NCBI GenBank assembly: GCA_043228905.1
Contig: JBHGNT010000037.1
Coordinates: 62,001-126,000, forward strand
Source: Azolla caroliniana
Taxonomy: Eukaryota; Plantae; Polypodiophyta
DNA length: 64,000 nt
Reading direction: 5' to 3'
This document shows positions 43,311-57,800 of this stretch, one piece after another. Position numbers and translations under genes: made by a program. The notes beneath the pieces were generated by a model. That model worked only from the letters and a program-made list of their open reading frames with translations. It was not told where the DNA came from and ran no database searches. Numbering within the stretch: the first letter of the stretch is position 1; every line of letters begins with the position of its first letter.

Positions 43311-46149
43311 AGTGAGTAAATTAAAATGGTCATACCTGGCTCGTGTGATATCGGATTTCTGTGTTCAAACATGCAAATCGAAGCTAACAAGGCTAGCTAT
43401 GATATAGAATTAAAAAATCAAGATTTTGAAACTGACGTCGAAAGACATGAGGAATTTACAATATTTGAGGAGGGAGTTGAGAAGAGCTAGTGAGTAAATT
43501 AAAATGTTCATACCTGGCTCGTGTGATATCGGATTTTTGTGTTCAAACATGCGAATCGAAGCTAACAACGCTAGCTATCATATAGAATTAAAAAATCGAG
43601 ATTTTGAAACTCAGGTCGAGAGACATGAGGAAATTAGCATATTTCAAGAAGGAGTTGAGAAGAGCCAGTCAGTAAATTAAAATGTTCAGACCTGGCACGT
43701 GTGATATCGGATTTTTGTGTTCAAACATGCGAATCGAAGATAACAACGCTAGCTATGATATAGAATTAAATAATCGCGATTTTGAAACTCAGGTCGAGAG
43801 ACATGAAGAAATTACAATATTTGAGGAGGGAGTTGAGAAGAGCTAGTGAGTAAATTAAAATGTTCATACCTGGCTCGTGTGATATCGGATTTTTGTGTTC
43901 AAACATGCGAATCGAAGCTAACAATGCTAGCTATGATATAGAATTAAAAAATCGAGATTTTGAAACTCAGGTCAAGAGACATGAGGAAATTAGCGTATTT
44001 CAAGAAGGAGTTGAGAAGAGCCAGTGAGTAAATTAAAATGTTCATACCTGGCACGTCTGATATCGGATTTTTGTGTTCAAACATGCGAATCGAAGATAAG
44101 AACGCTAGCTATGATATAGAATTAAATAATCGAGATTTTGAAACTCAGGTCGAGAGACATGAAGAAATTACAATATTTGAGGAGGGAGTTGAGAAGAGCT
44201 AGTGAGTAAATTAAAATGTTCAGACCTGGCACGTGTGATATCGGATTTTTGTGTTCAAACATGCGAATCGAAGATAACAACGCTAGCTATGATATAGAAT
44301 TAAATAATCGAGATTTTGAAACTCAGGTCGAGAGACATGAAGAAATTACAATATTTGAGGAGGGAGTTGAGAAGAGCTAGTGAGTAAATTAAAATGTTCA
44401 TACCTGGCTCGTGTGATATCGGATTTTTGTGTTCAAACATGCGAATCGAAGCTAACAACGCTAGCTATGATATAGAATTAAAAAATTGAGATTTTGAAAC
44501 TCAGGTCGAGAGACATGAGGAAATTAGCGTATTTCAAGAAGGAGTTGAGAAGAGCCAGTCAGTAAATTAAAATGTTCATACCTGGGACGTCTGATATCGG
44601 ATTTTTGTGTTCAAACATGCGAATCGAAGATAACAACGCTAGCTATGATATAGAATTAAATAATCGAGATTTTAAAACTCAGGTCGAGAGACATGAAGAA
44701 ATTACAATATTTGAGGAGGGAGTTGAGAAGAGCTAGTGAGTAAATTAAAATGTTCATACCTGGCTCGTGTGATATCGGATTTCTGTGTTCAAACATGCGA
44801 ATCGAAGCTAACAAGGCTAGCTATGACATAGAATTAAAAAATCAAGATTTTGAAACTGACGTCGAAAGACATGAGGAAATTAGCATGTTGGAGGAGGGAG
44901 TTGAGAAGAGCGAGTGAGTAAATTAAAATGCTCATACCTGGCTCGTGTGATATCGGATTTCTGTGTTCAAACATGCGAATCGAAGCTAACAAGGCTAGCT
45001 ATGACATAGAATTAAAAAATCGAGATTTTGAAACTCAGGTCGAGAGACATGAGGAAATTAGCATATTTGAGGAGGGAGTTGAGAAGAGCGAGTGAGTAAA
45101 TTAAACTGGTCAAACCTGGCACGTGTGATATCCGATTTCTCTGTTCAAACATGCGAATCGAAGCTAACAACGCTAGCTTTGATATAGAATTTAAAAATCA
45201 AGATTTTGAAACTCACGTCGAAAGACATGAGGAAATTAGAATATTTGAGGAGGGAGTTGAGAAGAGCTAGTGAGTAAATTAAAATGTTCATACCTGGCTC
45301 GTGTGATATCGGATTTTTGTGTTCAAACATGCGAATCGAAGCTAACAACGCTAGCTATCATATAGAATTAAAAAATCGAGATTTTAAAACTCAGGTCGAG
45401 AGACATGAGGAAATTAGCATATTTCAAGAAGGAGTTGAGAAGAGCCACTCAGTAAATTAAAATGTTCAGACCTGGCACGTGTGATATCGGATTTTTGTGT
45501 TCAAACATGCGAATCGAAGATAACAACGCTAGCTATGATATAGAATTAAATAATCGAGATTTTGAAACTCAGGTCGAGAGACATGAAGAAATTACAATAT
45601 TTGAGGAGGGAGTTGAGAAGAGCGTGTGAGTAAATTAAAATGTTCATACCTGGCTCGTGTGATATCGGATTTTTGTGTTCAAACATGCGAATCGAAGCTA
45701 ACAACGCTAGCTATGATATAGAATTAAAAAATTGAGATTTTGAAACTCAGGTCGAGAGACATGAGGAAATTAGCGTATTTCAAGAAGGAGTTGAGAAGAG
45801 CCAGTGAGTAAATTAAAATGTTCATACCTGGGACGTCTGATATCGGATTTTTGTGTTCAAACATGCGAATCGAAGATAACAACGCTAGCTATGATATAGA
45901 ATTAAATAATCGAGATTTTAAAACTCAGGTCGAGAGACATGAAGAAATTACAATATTTGAGGAGGGAGTTGAGAAGAGCTAGTGAGTAAATTAAAATGTT
46001 CATACCTGGCTCGTGTGATATCGGATTTCTGTGTTCAAACATGCGAATCGAAGCTAACAAGGCTAGCTATGACATAGAATTAAAAAATCAAGATTTTGAA
46101 ACTGACGTCGAAAGACATGAGGAAATTAGCATGTTGGAGGAGGGAGTTG

Positions 46150-47690
46150 AGAAGAGCTAGTGAGTAAATTAAAATGTTCATACCTGGCTCGTGTGATATC
46201 GGATTTTTGTGTTCAAACATGCGAATCGAAGCTAACAACGCTAGCTATGATATAGAATTAAAAAATTGAGATTTTGAAACTCAGGTCGAGAGACATGAGG
46301 AAATTAGCATATTTGAGGAGGGAGTTGAGAAGAGCCAGTGAGTAAATTAAAATGGTCATACCTGGCTCGTGTGATATCGAATTTCTGTGTTCAAACATGC
46401 AAATCGAAGCTAACAAGGCTAGCTATGATATAGAATTAAAAAATCAAGATTTTGAAACTGACGTCTAAAGACATGAGGAAATTAGCATGTTGGAGGAGGG
46501 AGTTGAGAAGAGCGAGTGAGTAAATTAAAATGGTCATACCTGGCTCGTGTGATATCGGATTTCTGTGTTCAAACATGCGAATCGAAACTAACAAGCCTAG
46601 CTATGATATAGAATTAAAAATTCGTGATTTTGAAACTCAGGTCGAGAGACATGAGGAAATTAGCATATTTGAGGAGGGAGTTGAGAAGAGCCAGTGAGTA
46701 AATTAAAATGGTCATACCTGGCTCGTGTGATATCGGATTTCTGTGTTCAAACATGCGAATCGAAACTAACAAGGCTAGCTATGATATAGAATTAAAAAAT
46801 CAAGATTTTGAAACTCAGGTCGAGAGACATGCCGAAATTAACATATTTGAGGAGGGAGTTGAGAAGAGCCAGTGAGTAAATTAAAATGGTCATACCTGGC
46901 TCGTGTGATATCGGATTTCTGTGTTCAAACATGCAAATCGAAGCTAACAAGGCTAGCTATGATATAGAATTAAAAAATCAAGATTTTGAAACTGACGTCG
47001 AAAGACATGAGGAAATTACAATATTTGAGGAGGGAGTTGAGAAGAGCTAGTGAGTAAATTAAAATGTTCATACCTGGCTCGTGTGATATCGGATTTTTGT
47101 GTTCAAACATGCGAATCGAAGCTAACAACGCTAGCTATGATATAGAATTAAAAAATTGAGATTTTGAAACTCAGGTCGAGAGACATGAGGAAATTAGCAT
47201 ATTTGAGGAGGGAGTTGAGAAGAGCCAGTGAGTAAATTAAAATGGTCATACCTGGCTCGTGTGATATCGAATTTCTGTGTTCAAACATGCAAATCGAAGC
47301 TAACAAGGCTAGCTATAATATAGAATTAAAAAATCAAGATTTTGAAACTGACGTCTAAAGACATGAGGAAATTAGCATGTTGGAGGAGGGAGTTGAGAAG
47401 AGCGAGTGAGTAAATTAAAATGGTCATACCTGGCTCGTGTGATATCGGATTTCTGTGTTCAAACATGCGAATCGAAACTAACAAGCCTAGCTATGATATA
47501 GAATTAAAAATTCGTGATTTTGAAACTCAGGTCGAGAGACATGAGGAAATTAGCATATTTGAGGAGGGAGTTGAGAAGAGCCAGTGAGTAAATTAAAATG
47601 GTCATACCTGGCTCGTGTGATATCGGATTTCTGTGTTCAAACATGCGAATCGAAACTAACAAGGCTAGCTATGATATAGAATTAAAAAAT
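46150..47690. repeat. Local 5-mer (890 bp) duplication
   Basis: acgtctaaag at 46461/47351 and tatcgaatttctg near 46375/47265. Confidence 0.8.
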
Positions 47691-50600
47691 CGTGATTTTG
47701 AAACTCAGGTCGAGAGACATGAGGAAATTAGCATATTTGAGGAGGGAGTTGAGAAGAGCCAGTGAGTAAATTAAAATGGTCATACCTGGCTTGTGTGATA
47801 TCGGATTTCTTTGTTCAAACATGCGAATCGAAGCTAACAACGCTATCTATGATATAGAATTAAAAAATCGAGATTTTGAAACTCAGGTCGAGCGACATGA
47901 GGAAATTAGAATATTTGAGGAGGGAGTTGAGAAGAGCTAGTGAGTAAATTAAAATGTTCATACCTGGCACGTGTGATATCGGATTTTTGTGTTCAAACAT
48001 GCGAATCGAAGATAACAACGCTAGCTATGATATAGAATTAAATAATCGAGACTTTGAAACTCAGGTCGAGAGACATGAAGAAATTACAATATTTGAGGAG
48101 GGAGTTCAGAAGAGCTAGTGAGTAAATTAAAATGTTCATACCTGGCTCGTGTGATATCGGATTTTTGTGTTCAAACATGCAAATCGAAGCTAACAACGCT
48201 AGCTATGATATAGAATTAAAAAATCGAGATTTTGAAACTCAGGTCGAGAGACATGAGGAAATTAGCGTATTTCAAGAAGGAGTTGAGAAGAGCCAGTGAG
48301 TAAATTAAAATGTTCATACCTGGCACGTCTGATATCGGATTTTTGTGTTCAAACATGCGAATCGAAGATAAGAACGCTAGCTATGATATAGAATTAAATA
48401 ATCGAGATTTTGAAACTCAGGTCGAGAGACATGAAGAAATTACAATATTTGAGGAGGGAGTTGAGAAGAGCTAGTGAGTAAATTAAAATGTTCAGACCTG
48501 GCACGTGTGATATCGGATTTTTGTGTTCAAACATGCGAATCGAAGATAACAACGCTAGCTATGATATAGAATTAAATAATCGAGATTTTGAAACTCAGGT
48601 CGAGAGACATGAAGAAATTACAATATTTGAGGAGGGAGTTGAGAAGAGCTAGTGAGTAAATTAAAATGTTCATACCTGGCTCGTGTGATATCGGATTTTT
48701 GTGTTCAAACATGCGAATCGAAGCTAACAACGCTAGCTATGATATAGAATTAAAAAATTGAGATTTTGAAACTCAGGTCGAGAGACATGAGGAAATTAGC
48801 GTATTTCAAGAAGGAGTTGAGAAGAGCCAGTCAGTAAATTAAAATGTTCATACCTGGGACGTCTGATATCGGATTTTTGTGTTCAAACATGCGAATCGAA
48901 GATAACAACGCTAGCTATGATATAGAATTAAATAATCGAGATTTTAAAACTCAGGTCGAGAGACATGAAGAAATTACAATATTTGAGGAGGGAGTTGAGA
49001 AGAGCTAGTGAGTAAATTAAAATGTTCATACCTGGCTCGTGTGATATCGGATTTCTGTGTTCAAACATGCGAATCGAAGCTAACAACGCTACCTATGATA
49101 TAGAATTAAAAAATCAAGATTTTGAAACTGACGTCGAAAGACATGAGGAAATTAGCATGTTGGAGGAGGGAGTTGAGAAGAGCGAGTGAGTAAATTAAAA
49201 TGGTCATACCTGGCTCGTGTGATATCGGATTTCTGTGTTCAAACATGCGAATCGAAACTAACAAGGCTAGCTATGATATAGAATTAAAAAATCAAGATTT
49301 TGAAACTCAGGTCGAGAGACATGCCGAAATTAGCATATTTGAGGAGGGAGTTGAGAAGAGCCAGTGAGTAAATTAAAATGGTCATACCTGGCTCGTGTGA
49401 TATCGGATTTCTGTGTTCAAACATGCAAATCGAAGCTAACAAGGCTAGCTATGATATAGAATTAAAAAATCGAGATTTTGAAACTGACGTCGAAAGACAT
49501 GAGGAAATTAGCATGTTGGAGGAGGGAGTTGAGAAGAGCTAGTGAGTAAATTAAAATGTTCATACCTGGCTCGTGTGATATCGGATTTTTGTGTTCAAAC
49601 ATGCGAATCGAAGCTAACAACGCTAGCTATCATATAGAATTAAAAAAATCGAGATTTTGAAACTCAGGTCGAGAGACATGAGGAAATTAGCATATTTCAA
49701 GAAGGAGTTGAGAAGAGCCAGTCAGTAAATTAAAATGTTCAGACCTGGCACGTGTGATATCGGATTTTTGTGTTCAAACATGCGAATCGAAGATAACAAC
49801 GCTAGCTATGATATAGAATTAAATAATCGAGATTTTGAAACTCAGGTCGAGAGACATGAAGAAATTACAATATTTGAGGAGGGAGTTGAGAAGAGCTAGT
49901 GAGTAAATTAAAATGTTCATACCTGGCTCGTGTGATATCGGATTTTTGTGTTCAAACATGCGAATCGAAGCTAACAACGCTAGCTATGATATAGAATTAA
50001 AAAATTGAGATTTTGAAACTCAGGTCGAGAGACATGAGGAAATTAGCATATTTGAGGAGGGAGTTGAGAAGAGCCAGTGAGTAAATTAAAATGGTCATAC
50101 CTGGCTCGTGTGATATCGGATTTCTGTGTTCAAACATGCAAATCGAAGCTAACAAGGCTAGCTATGATATAGAATTAAAAAATCGAGATTTTGAAACTGA
50201 CGTCGAAAGACATGAGGAAATTAGCATGTTGGAGGAGGGAGTTGAGAAGAGCGAGTGAGTAAATTAAAATGGTCATACCTGGCTCGTGTGATATCGGATT
50301 TCTGTGTTCAAACATGCGAATCGAAGCTAAAAAGGCTAGCTATGATATAGAATTAAAAAATCGAGATTTTGAAACTGACGTCGAAAGACATGAGGAAATT
50401 AGCATGTTGGAGGAGGGAGTTGAGAAGAGCGAGTGAGTAAATTAAAATGGTCATACCTGGCTCGTGTGATATCGGATTTCTGTGTTCAAACATGTGAATC
50501 GAAGCTAACAAGGCTAGCTATGACATAGAATTAAAAAATCGAGATTTTGAAACTCAGGTCGAGAGACATGAGGAAATTAGCATATTTGAGGAGGGAGTTG

Positions 50601-51886
50601 AGAAGAGCGAGTGAGTAAATTAAACTGGTCAAACCTGGCACGTGTGATATCGGATTTCTCTGTTCAAACATGCGAATCGAAGCTAACAACGCTAGCTATG
50701 ATATAGAATTAAAAAATCAAGATTTTGAAACTGACGTCGAAAGACATGAGGAAATTACAATATTTGAGGAGGGAGTTGAGAAGAGCTAGTGAGTAAATTA
50801 AAATGTTCATACCTGGCTCGTGTGATATCGGATTTTTGTGTTCAAACATGCGAATCGAAGCTAACAACGCTAGCTATGATATAGAATTAAAAAATCGAGA
50901 TTTTGAAACTCAGGTCGAGCGACATGAGGAAATTAGAATATTTGAGGAGGGAGTTGAGAAGAGCTAGTGAGTAAATTAAAATGTTCGTACCTGGCACGTG
51001 TGATATCGGATTTTTGTGTTCAAACATGCGAATCGAAGATAACAACGCTAGCTATGATATAGAATTAAATAATCGAGACTTTGAAACTCAGGTCGAGAGA
51101 CATGAAGAAATTACAATATTTGAGGAGGGAGTTGAGAAGAGCTAGTGAGTAAATTCAAATGTTCATACCTGGCTCGTGTGATATCGGATTTTTGTGTTCA
51201 AACATGCAAATCGAAGCTAACAACGATAGCTATGATATAGAATTAAAAAATCGAGATTTTGAAACTCAGGTCGAGAGACATGAGGAAATTAGCGTATTTC
51301 AAGAAGGAGTTGAGAAGAGCCAGTCAGTAAATTAAAATGTTCATACCTGGCACGTCTGATATCGGATTTTTGTGTTCAAACATGCGAATCAAAGATAAGA
51401 ACGCTAGCTATGATATAGAATTAAATAATCGAGATTTTGAAACTCAGGTCGAGAGACATGAAGAAATTACAATATTTGAGGAGGGAGTTGAGAAGAGCTA
51501 GTGAGTAAATTAAAATGTTCATACCTGGCTCGTGTGATATCGGATTTTTGTGTTCAAACATGCAAATCGAAGCTAACAACGATAGCTATGATATAGAATT
51601 AAAAAATCGAGATTTTGAAACTCAGGTCGAGAGACATGCGGAAATTAGCATATTTGAGGAGGGAGTTGAGAAGAGCGAGTGAGTAAATTAAAATGGTCAT
51701 ACCTGGCTCGTTTAATATCGGATTTTTGTGTTCAAACATGCGAATCGAAGCTAACAACGCTAGCTTTGATATAGAATTTAAAAATCAAGATTTTGAAACT
51801 CAGGTCGAGAGACATGCCGAAATTACCATATTTGAGGAGGGAGTTGAGAAGAGCCAGTGAGTAAATTTAAATGGTCATACCTGGCT

Positions 51887-54800
51887 CGTGTGATATCGGA
51901 TTTCTGTGTTCAAACATGCAAATCGAAGCTAACAAGGCTAGCTATGATATAGAATTAAAAAATCGAGATTTTGAAACTGACGTCGAAAGACATGAGGAAA
52001 TTAGCATGTTGGAGGAGGGAGTTGAGAAGAGCGAGTGAGTAAATTAAAATGGTCATACCTGGCTCGTGTGATATCGGATTTCTGTGTTCAAACATGCGAA
52101 TCGAAACTAACAAGGCTAGCTATGATATAGAATTAAAAAATCAAGATTTTGAAACTCAGGTCGAGAGATATGCCGAAATTAGCATATTTGAGGAGGGAGT
52201 TGAGAAGAGCGTGTGAGTAAATTAAAATGGTCATACCTGGCTCGTGTGATATCGGATTTCTGTGTTCAAACATGCAAATCGAAGCTAACAAGGCTAGCTA
52301 TGATATAGAATTAAAAAATCAAGATTTTGAAACTGACGTCTAAAGACATGAGGAAATTAGCATGTTGGAGGAGGGAGTTGAGAAGAGCGAGTGAGTAAAT
52401 TAAAATGGTCATACCTGGCTCGTGTGATATCGGATTTCTGTGTTCAAACATGCGAATCGAAACTAACAAGCCTAGCTATGATATAGAATTAAAAATTCGT
52501 GATTTTGAAACTCAGGTCGAGAGACATGAGGAAATTAGCATATTTGAGGAGGGAGTTGAGAAGAGCCAGTGAGTAAATTAAAATGGTCATACCTGGCTCG
52601 TGTGATATCGGATTTCTGTGTTCAAACATGCGAATCGAAACTAACAAGGCTAGCTATGATATAGAATTAAAAAATCAAGATTTTGAAACTCAGGTCGAGA
52701 GACATGAGGAAATTAGCATATTTGAGGAGGGAGTTGAGAAGAGCCAGTGAGTAAATTAAAATGGTCATACCTGGCTCGTGTGATATCGGATTTCTCTGTT
52801 CAAACATGCGAATCGAAGCTAACAACGCTATCTATGATATAGAATTAAAAAATCGAGATTTTGAAACTCAGGTCGAGCGACATGAGGAAATTAGAATATT
52901 TGAGGAGGGAGTTGAGAAGAGCTAGTGAGTAAATTAAAATGTTCATACCTGGCACGTGTGATATCGGATTTTTGTGTTCAAACATGCGAATCGAAGATAA
53001 CAACGCTAGCTATGATATAGAATTAAATAATCGAGACTTTGAAACTCAGGTCGAGAGACATGAAGAAATTACAATATTTGAGGAGGGAGTTGAGAAGAGC
53101 TAGTGAGTAAATTAAAATGTTCATACCTGGCTCGTGTGATATCGGATTTTTGTGTTCAAACATGCAAATCGAAGCTAACAACGCTAGCTATGATATAGAA
53201 TTAAAAAATGGAGATTTTGAAACTCAGGTCGAGAGACATGAGGAAATTAGCATATTTGAGGAGGGAGTTGAGAAGAGCCAGTGAGTAAATTAAAATGGTC
53301 ATACCTGGCTCGTGTGATATCGGATTTCTGTGTTCAAACATGCAAATCGAAGCTAACAAGGCTAGCTATGATATAGAATTAAAAAATCGAGATTTTGAAA
53401 CTGACGTCGAAAGACATGAGGAAATTAGCATGTTGGAGGAGGGAGTTGAGAAGAGCGAGTGAGTAAATTAAAATGGTCATACCTGGCTCGTGTGATATCG
53501 GATTTCTGTGTTCAAACATGCGAATCGAAGCTAACAAGGCTAGCTATGACATAGAATTAAAAAATCGAGATTTTGAAACTCAGGTCGAGAGACATGAGGA
53601 AATTAGCATATTTGAGGAGGGAGTTGAGAAGAGCGAGTGAGTAAATTAAACTGGTCAAACCTGGCACGTGTGATATCCGATTTCTCTGTTCAAACATGCG
53701 AATCGAAGCTAACAACGCTAGCTTTGATATAGAATTTAAAAATCAAGATTTTGAAACTCACGTCGAAAGACATGAGGAAATTAGAATATTTGAGGAGGGA
53801 GTTGAGAAGAGCTAGTGAGTAAATTAAAATGTTCATACCTGGCTCGTGTGATATCGGATTTTTGTGTTCAAACATGCGAATCGAAGCTAACAACGCTAGC
53901 TATGATATAGAATTAAAAAATTGAGATTTTGAAACTCAGGTCGAGAGACATGAGGAAATTAGCATATTTGAAGAAGGAGTTGAGAAGAGCCAGTGAGTAA
54001 ATTAAAATGTTCATACCTGGCACGTCTGATATCGGATTTTTGTGTTCAAACATGCGAATCGAAGATAAGAACGCTAGCTATGATATAGAATTAAATAATC
54101 GAGATTTTGAAACTCAGGTCGAGAGACATGAAGAAATTACAATATTTGAGGAGGGAGTTGAGAAGAGCTAGTGAGTAAATTAAAATGTTCATACCTGGCT
54201 CGTGTGATATCGGATTTTTGTGTTCAAACATGCGAATCGAAGCTAACAACGCTAGCTATGATATAGAATTAGAAGATCGAGATTTTGAAACTCAGGTCGA
54301 GAGACATGCGGAAATTAGCATATTTGAGGAGGGAGTTGAGAAGAGCGAGTGAGTAAATTAAAATGGTCATACCTGGCTCGTTTAATATCGGATTTTTGTG
54401 TTCAAACATGCGAATCGAAGCTAACAACGCTAGCTTTGATATAGAATTTAAAAATCAAGATTTTGAAACTCAGGTCGAGAGACATGCCGAAATTAGCATA
54501 TTTGAGGAGGGAGTTGAGAAGAGCCAGTGAGTAAATTTAAATGGTCATACCTGGCTCGTATGATATCGGATTTCTGTGTTCAAACATGCAAATCGAAGCT
54601 AACAAGGCTAGCTATGATATAGAATTAAAAAATCAAGATTTTGAAACTGACGTCGAAAGACATGAGGAAATTAGCATGTTGGAGGAGGGAGTTGAGAAGA
54701 GCGAGTGAGTAAATTAAAATGGTCATACCTGGCTCGTGTGATATCGGATTTCTGTGTTCAAACATGCGAATCGAAACTAACAAGCCTAGCTATGATATAG

Positions 54801-57800
54801 AATTAAAAATTCGTGATTTTGAAACTCAGGTCGAGAGACATGAGGAAATTAGCATATTTGAGGAGGGAGTTGAGAAGAGCCAGTGAGTAAATTAAAATGG
54901 TCATACCTGGCTCGTGTGATATCGGATTTCTGTGTTCAAACATGCGAATCGAAACTAACAAGGCTAGCTATGATATAGAATTAAAAAATCGTGATTTTGA
55001 AACTCAGGTCGAGAGACATGAGGAAATTAGCATATTTGAGGAGGGAGTTGAGAAGAGCCAGTGAGTAAATTAAAATGGTCATACCTGGCTCCTGTGATAT
55101 CGGATTTCTGTGTTCAAACATGCAAATCGAAGCTAACAAGGCTAGCTATGATATAGAATTAAAAAATCGAGATTTTGAAACTCAGGTCGAGAGACATGAA
55201 GAAATTAGCATATTTGAGGAGGGAGTTGAGAAGAGCGTGTGAGTAAATTAAAATGGTCATACCTGGCTCGTGTGATATCGGATTTCTGTGTTCAAACATG
55301 CGAATCGAAGCTAACAAGGCTAGCTATGATATACAATTAAAAAATCAAGATTTTGAAACTGACGTCGAAAGACATGAGGAAATTAGCATGTTGGAGGAGG
55401 GAGTTGAGAAGAGCCAGTGAGTAAATTAAAATGGTCATACCTGGCTCGTGTGATATCGGATTTCTGTGTTCAAACATGCAAATCGAAGCTAACAAGGCTA
55501 GCTATGATATAGAATTAAAAAATCGAGATTTTGAAACTGACGTCGAAAGACATGAGGAAATTAGCATGTTGGAGGAGGGAGTTGAGAAGAGCGAGTGAGT
55601 AAATTAAAATGGTCATACCTGGCTCGTGTGATATCGGATTTCTGTGTTCAAACATGCGAATCGAAGCTAACAAGGCTAGCTATGACATAGAATTAAAAAA
55701 TCGAGATTTTGAAACTCAGGTCGAGAGACATGAGGAAATTAGCATATTTGAGGAGGGAGTTGAGAAGAGCGAGTGAGTAAATTAAACTGGTCAAACCTGG
55801 CACGTGTGATATCCGATTTCTCTGTTCAAACATGCGAATCGAAGCTAACAACGCTAGCTTTGATATAGAATTTAAAAATCAAGATTTTGAAACTCACGTC
55901 GAAAGACATGAGGAAATTAGAATATTTGAGGAGGGAGTTGAGAAGAGCTAGTGAGTAAATTAAAATGTTCATACCTGGCTCGTGTGATATCGGATTTTTG
56001 TGTTCAAACATGCGAATCGAAGCTAACAACGCTAGCTATCATATAGAATTAAAAAAATCGAGATTTTGAAACTCAGGTCGAGAGACATGAGGAAATTAGC
56101 ATATTTCAAGAAGGAGTTGAGAAGAGCCAGTCAGTAAATTAAAATGTTCAGACCTGGCACGTGTGATATCGGATTTTTGTGTTCAAACATGCGAATCGAA
56201 GATAACAACGCTAGCTATGATATAGAATTAAATAATCGAGATTTTGTAACTCAGGTCGAGAGACATGAAGAAATTACAATATTTGAGGAGGGAGTTGAGA
56301 AGAGCTAGTGAGTAAATTAAAATGTTCATACCTGGCTCGTGTGATATCGGATTTTTGTGTTCAAACATGCGAATCGAAGCTAACAACGCTAGCTATGATA
56401 TAGAATTAAAAAATTGAGATTTTGAAACTCAGGTCGAGAGACATGAGGAAATTAGCATATTTGAGGAGGGAGTTGAGAAGAGCCAGTGAGTAAATTAAAA
56501 TGGTCATACCTGGCTCGTGTGATATCGGATTTCTGTGTTCAAACATGCAAATCGAAGCTAACAAGGCTAGCTATGATATAGAATTAAAAAATCGAGATTT
56601 TGAAACTGACGTCGAAAGACATGAGGAAATTAGCATGTTGCAGGAGGGAGTTGAGAAGAGCGAGTGAGTAAATTAAAATGGTCATACCTGGCTCGTGTGA
56701 TATCGGATTTCTGTGTTCAAACATGCGAATCGAAGCTAACAAGGCTAGCTATGATATAGAATTAAAAAATCGAGATTTTGAAACTGACGTCGAAAGACAT
56801 GAGGAAATTAGCATGTTGGAGGAGGGAGTTGAGAAGAGCGAGTGAGTAAATTAAAATGGTCATACCTGGCTCGTGTGATATCGGATTTCTGTGTTCAAAC
56901 ATGCGAATCGAAACTAACAAGGCTAGCTATGATATAGAATTAAAAAATCAAGATTTTGAAACTCAGGTCGAGAGACATGAGGGAATTAGCATATTTGAGG
57001 AGGGAGTTGAGAAGAGCTAGTGAGTAAATTAAAATGGTCATACCTGGCTCGTGTGATATCGGATTTCTCTGTTCAAACATGCGAATCGAAGCTAACAACG
57101 CTATCTATGATATAGAATTAAAAAATCGAGATTTTGAAACTCAGGTCGAGCGACATGAGGAAATTAGAATATTTGAGGAGGGAGTTGAGAAGAGCTAGTG
57201 AGTAAATTAAAATGTTCATACCTGGCACGTGTGATATCGGATTTTTGTGTTCAAACATGCGAATCGAAGATAACAACGCTAGCTATGATATAGAATTAAA
57301 TAATCGAGACTTTGAAACTCAGGTCGAGAGACATGAAGAAATTACAATATTTGAGGAGGGAGTTGAGAAGAGCTAGTGAGTAAATTAAAATGTTCATACC
57401 TGGCTCGTGTGATATCGGATTTCTGTGTTCAAACATGCGAATCGAAGCTAACAAGGCTAGCTATGACATAGAATTAAAAAATCAAGATTTTGAAACTGAC
57501 GTCGAAAGACATGAGGAAATTAGCATGTTGGAGGAGGGAGTTGAGAAGAGCGAGTGAGTAAATTAAAATGCTCATACCTGGCTCGTGTGATATCGGATTT
57601 CTGTGTTCAAACATGCGAATCGAAGCTAACAAGGCTAGCTATGACATAGAATTAAAAAATCGAGATTTTGAAACTCAGGTCGAGAGACATGAGGAAATTA
57701 GCATATTTGAGGAGGGAGTTGAGAAGAGCGAGTGAGTAAATTAAACTGGTCAAACCTGGCACGTGTGATATCCGATTTCTCTGTTCAAACATGCGAATCG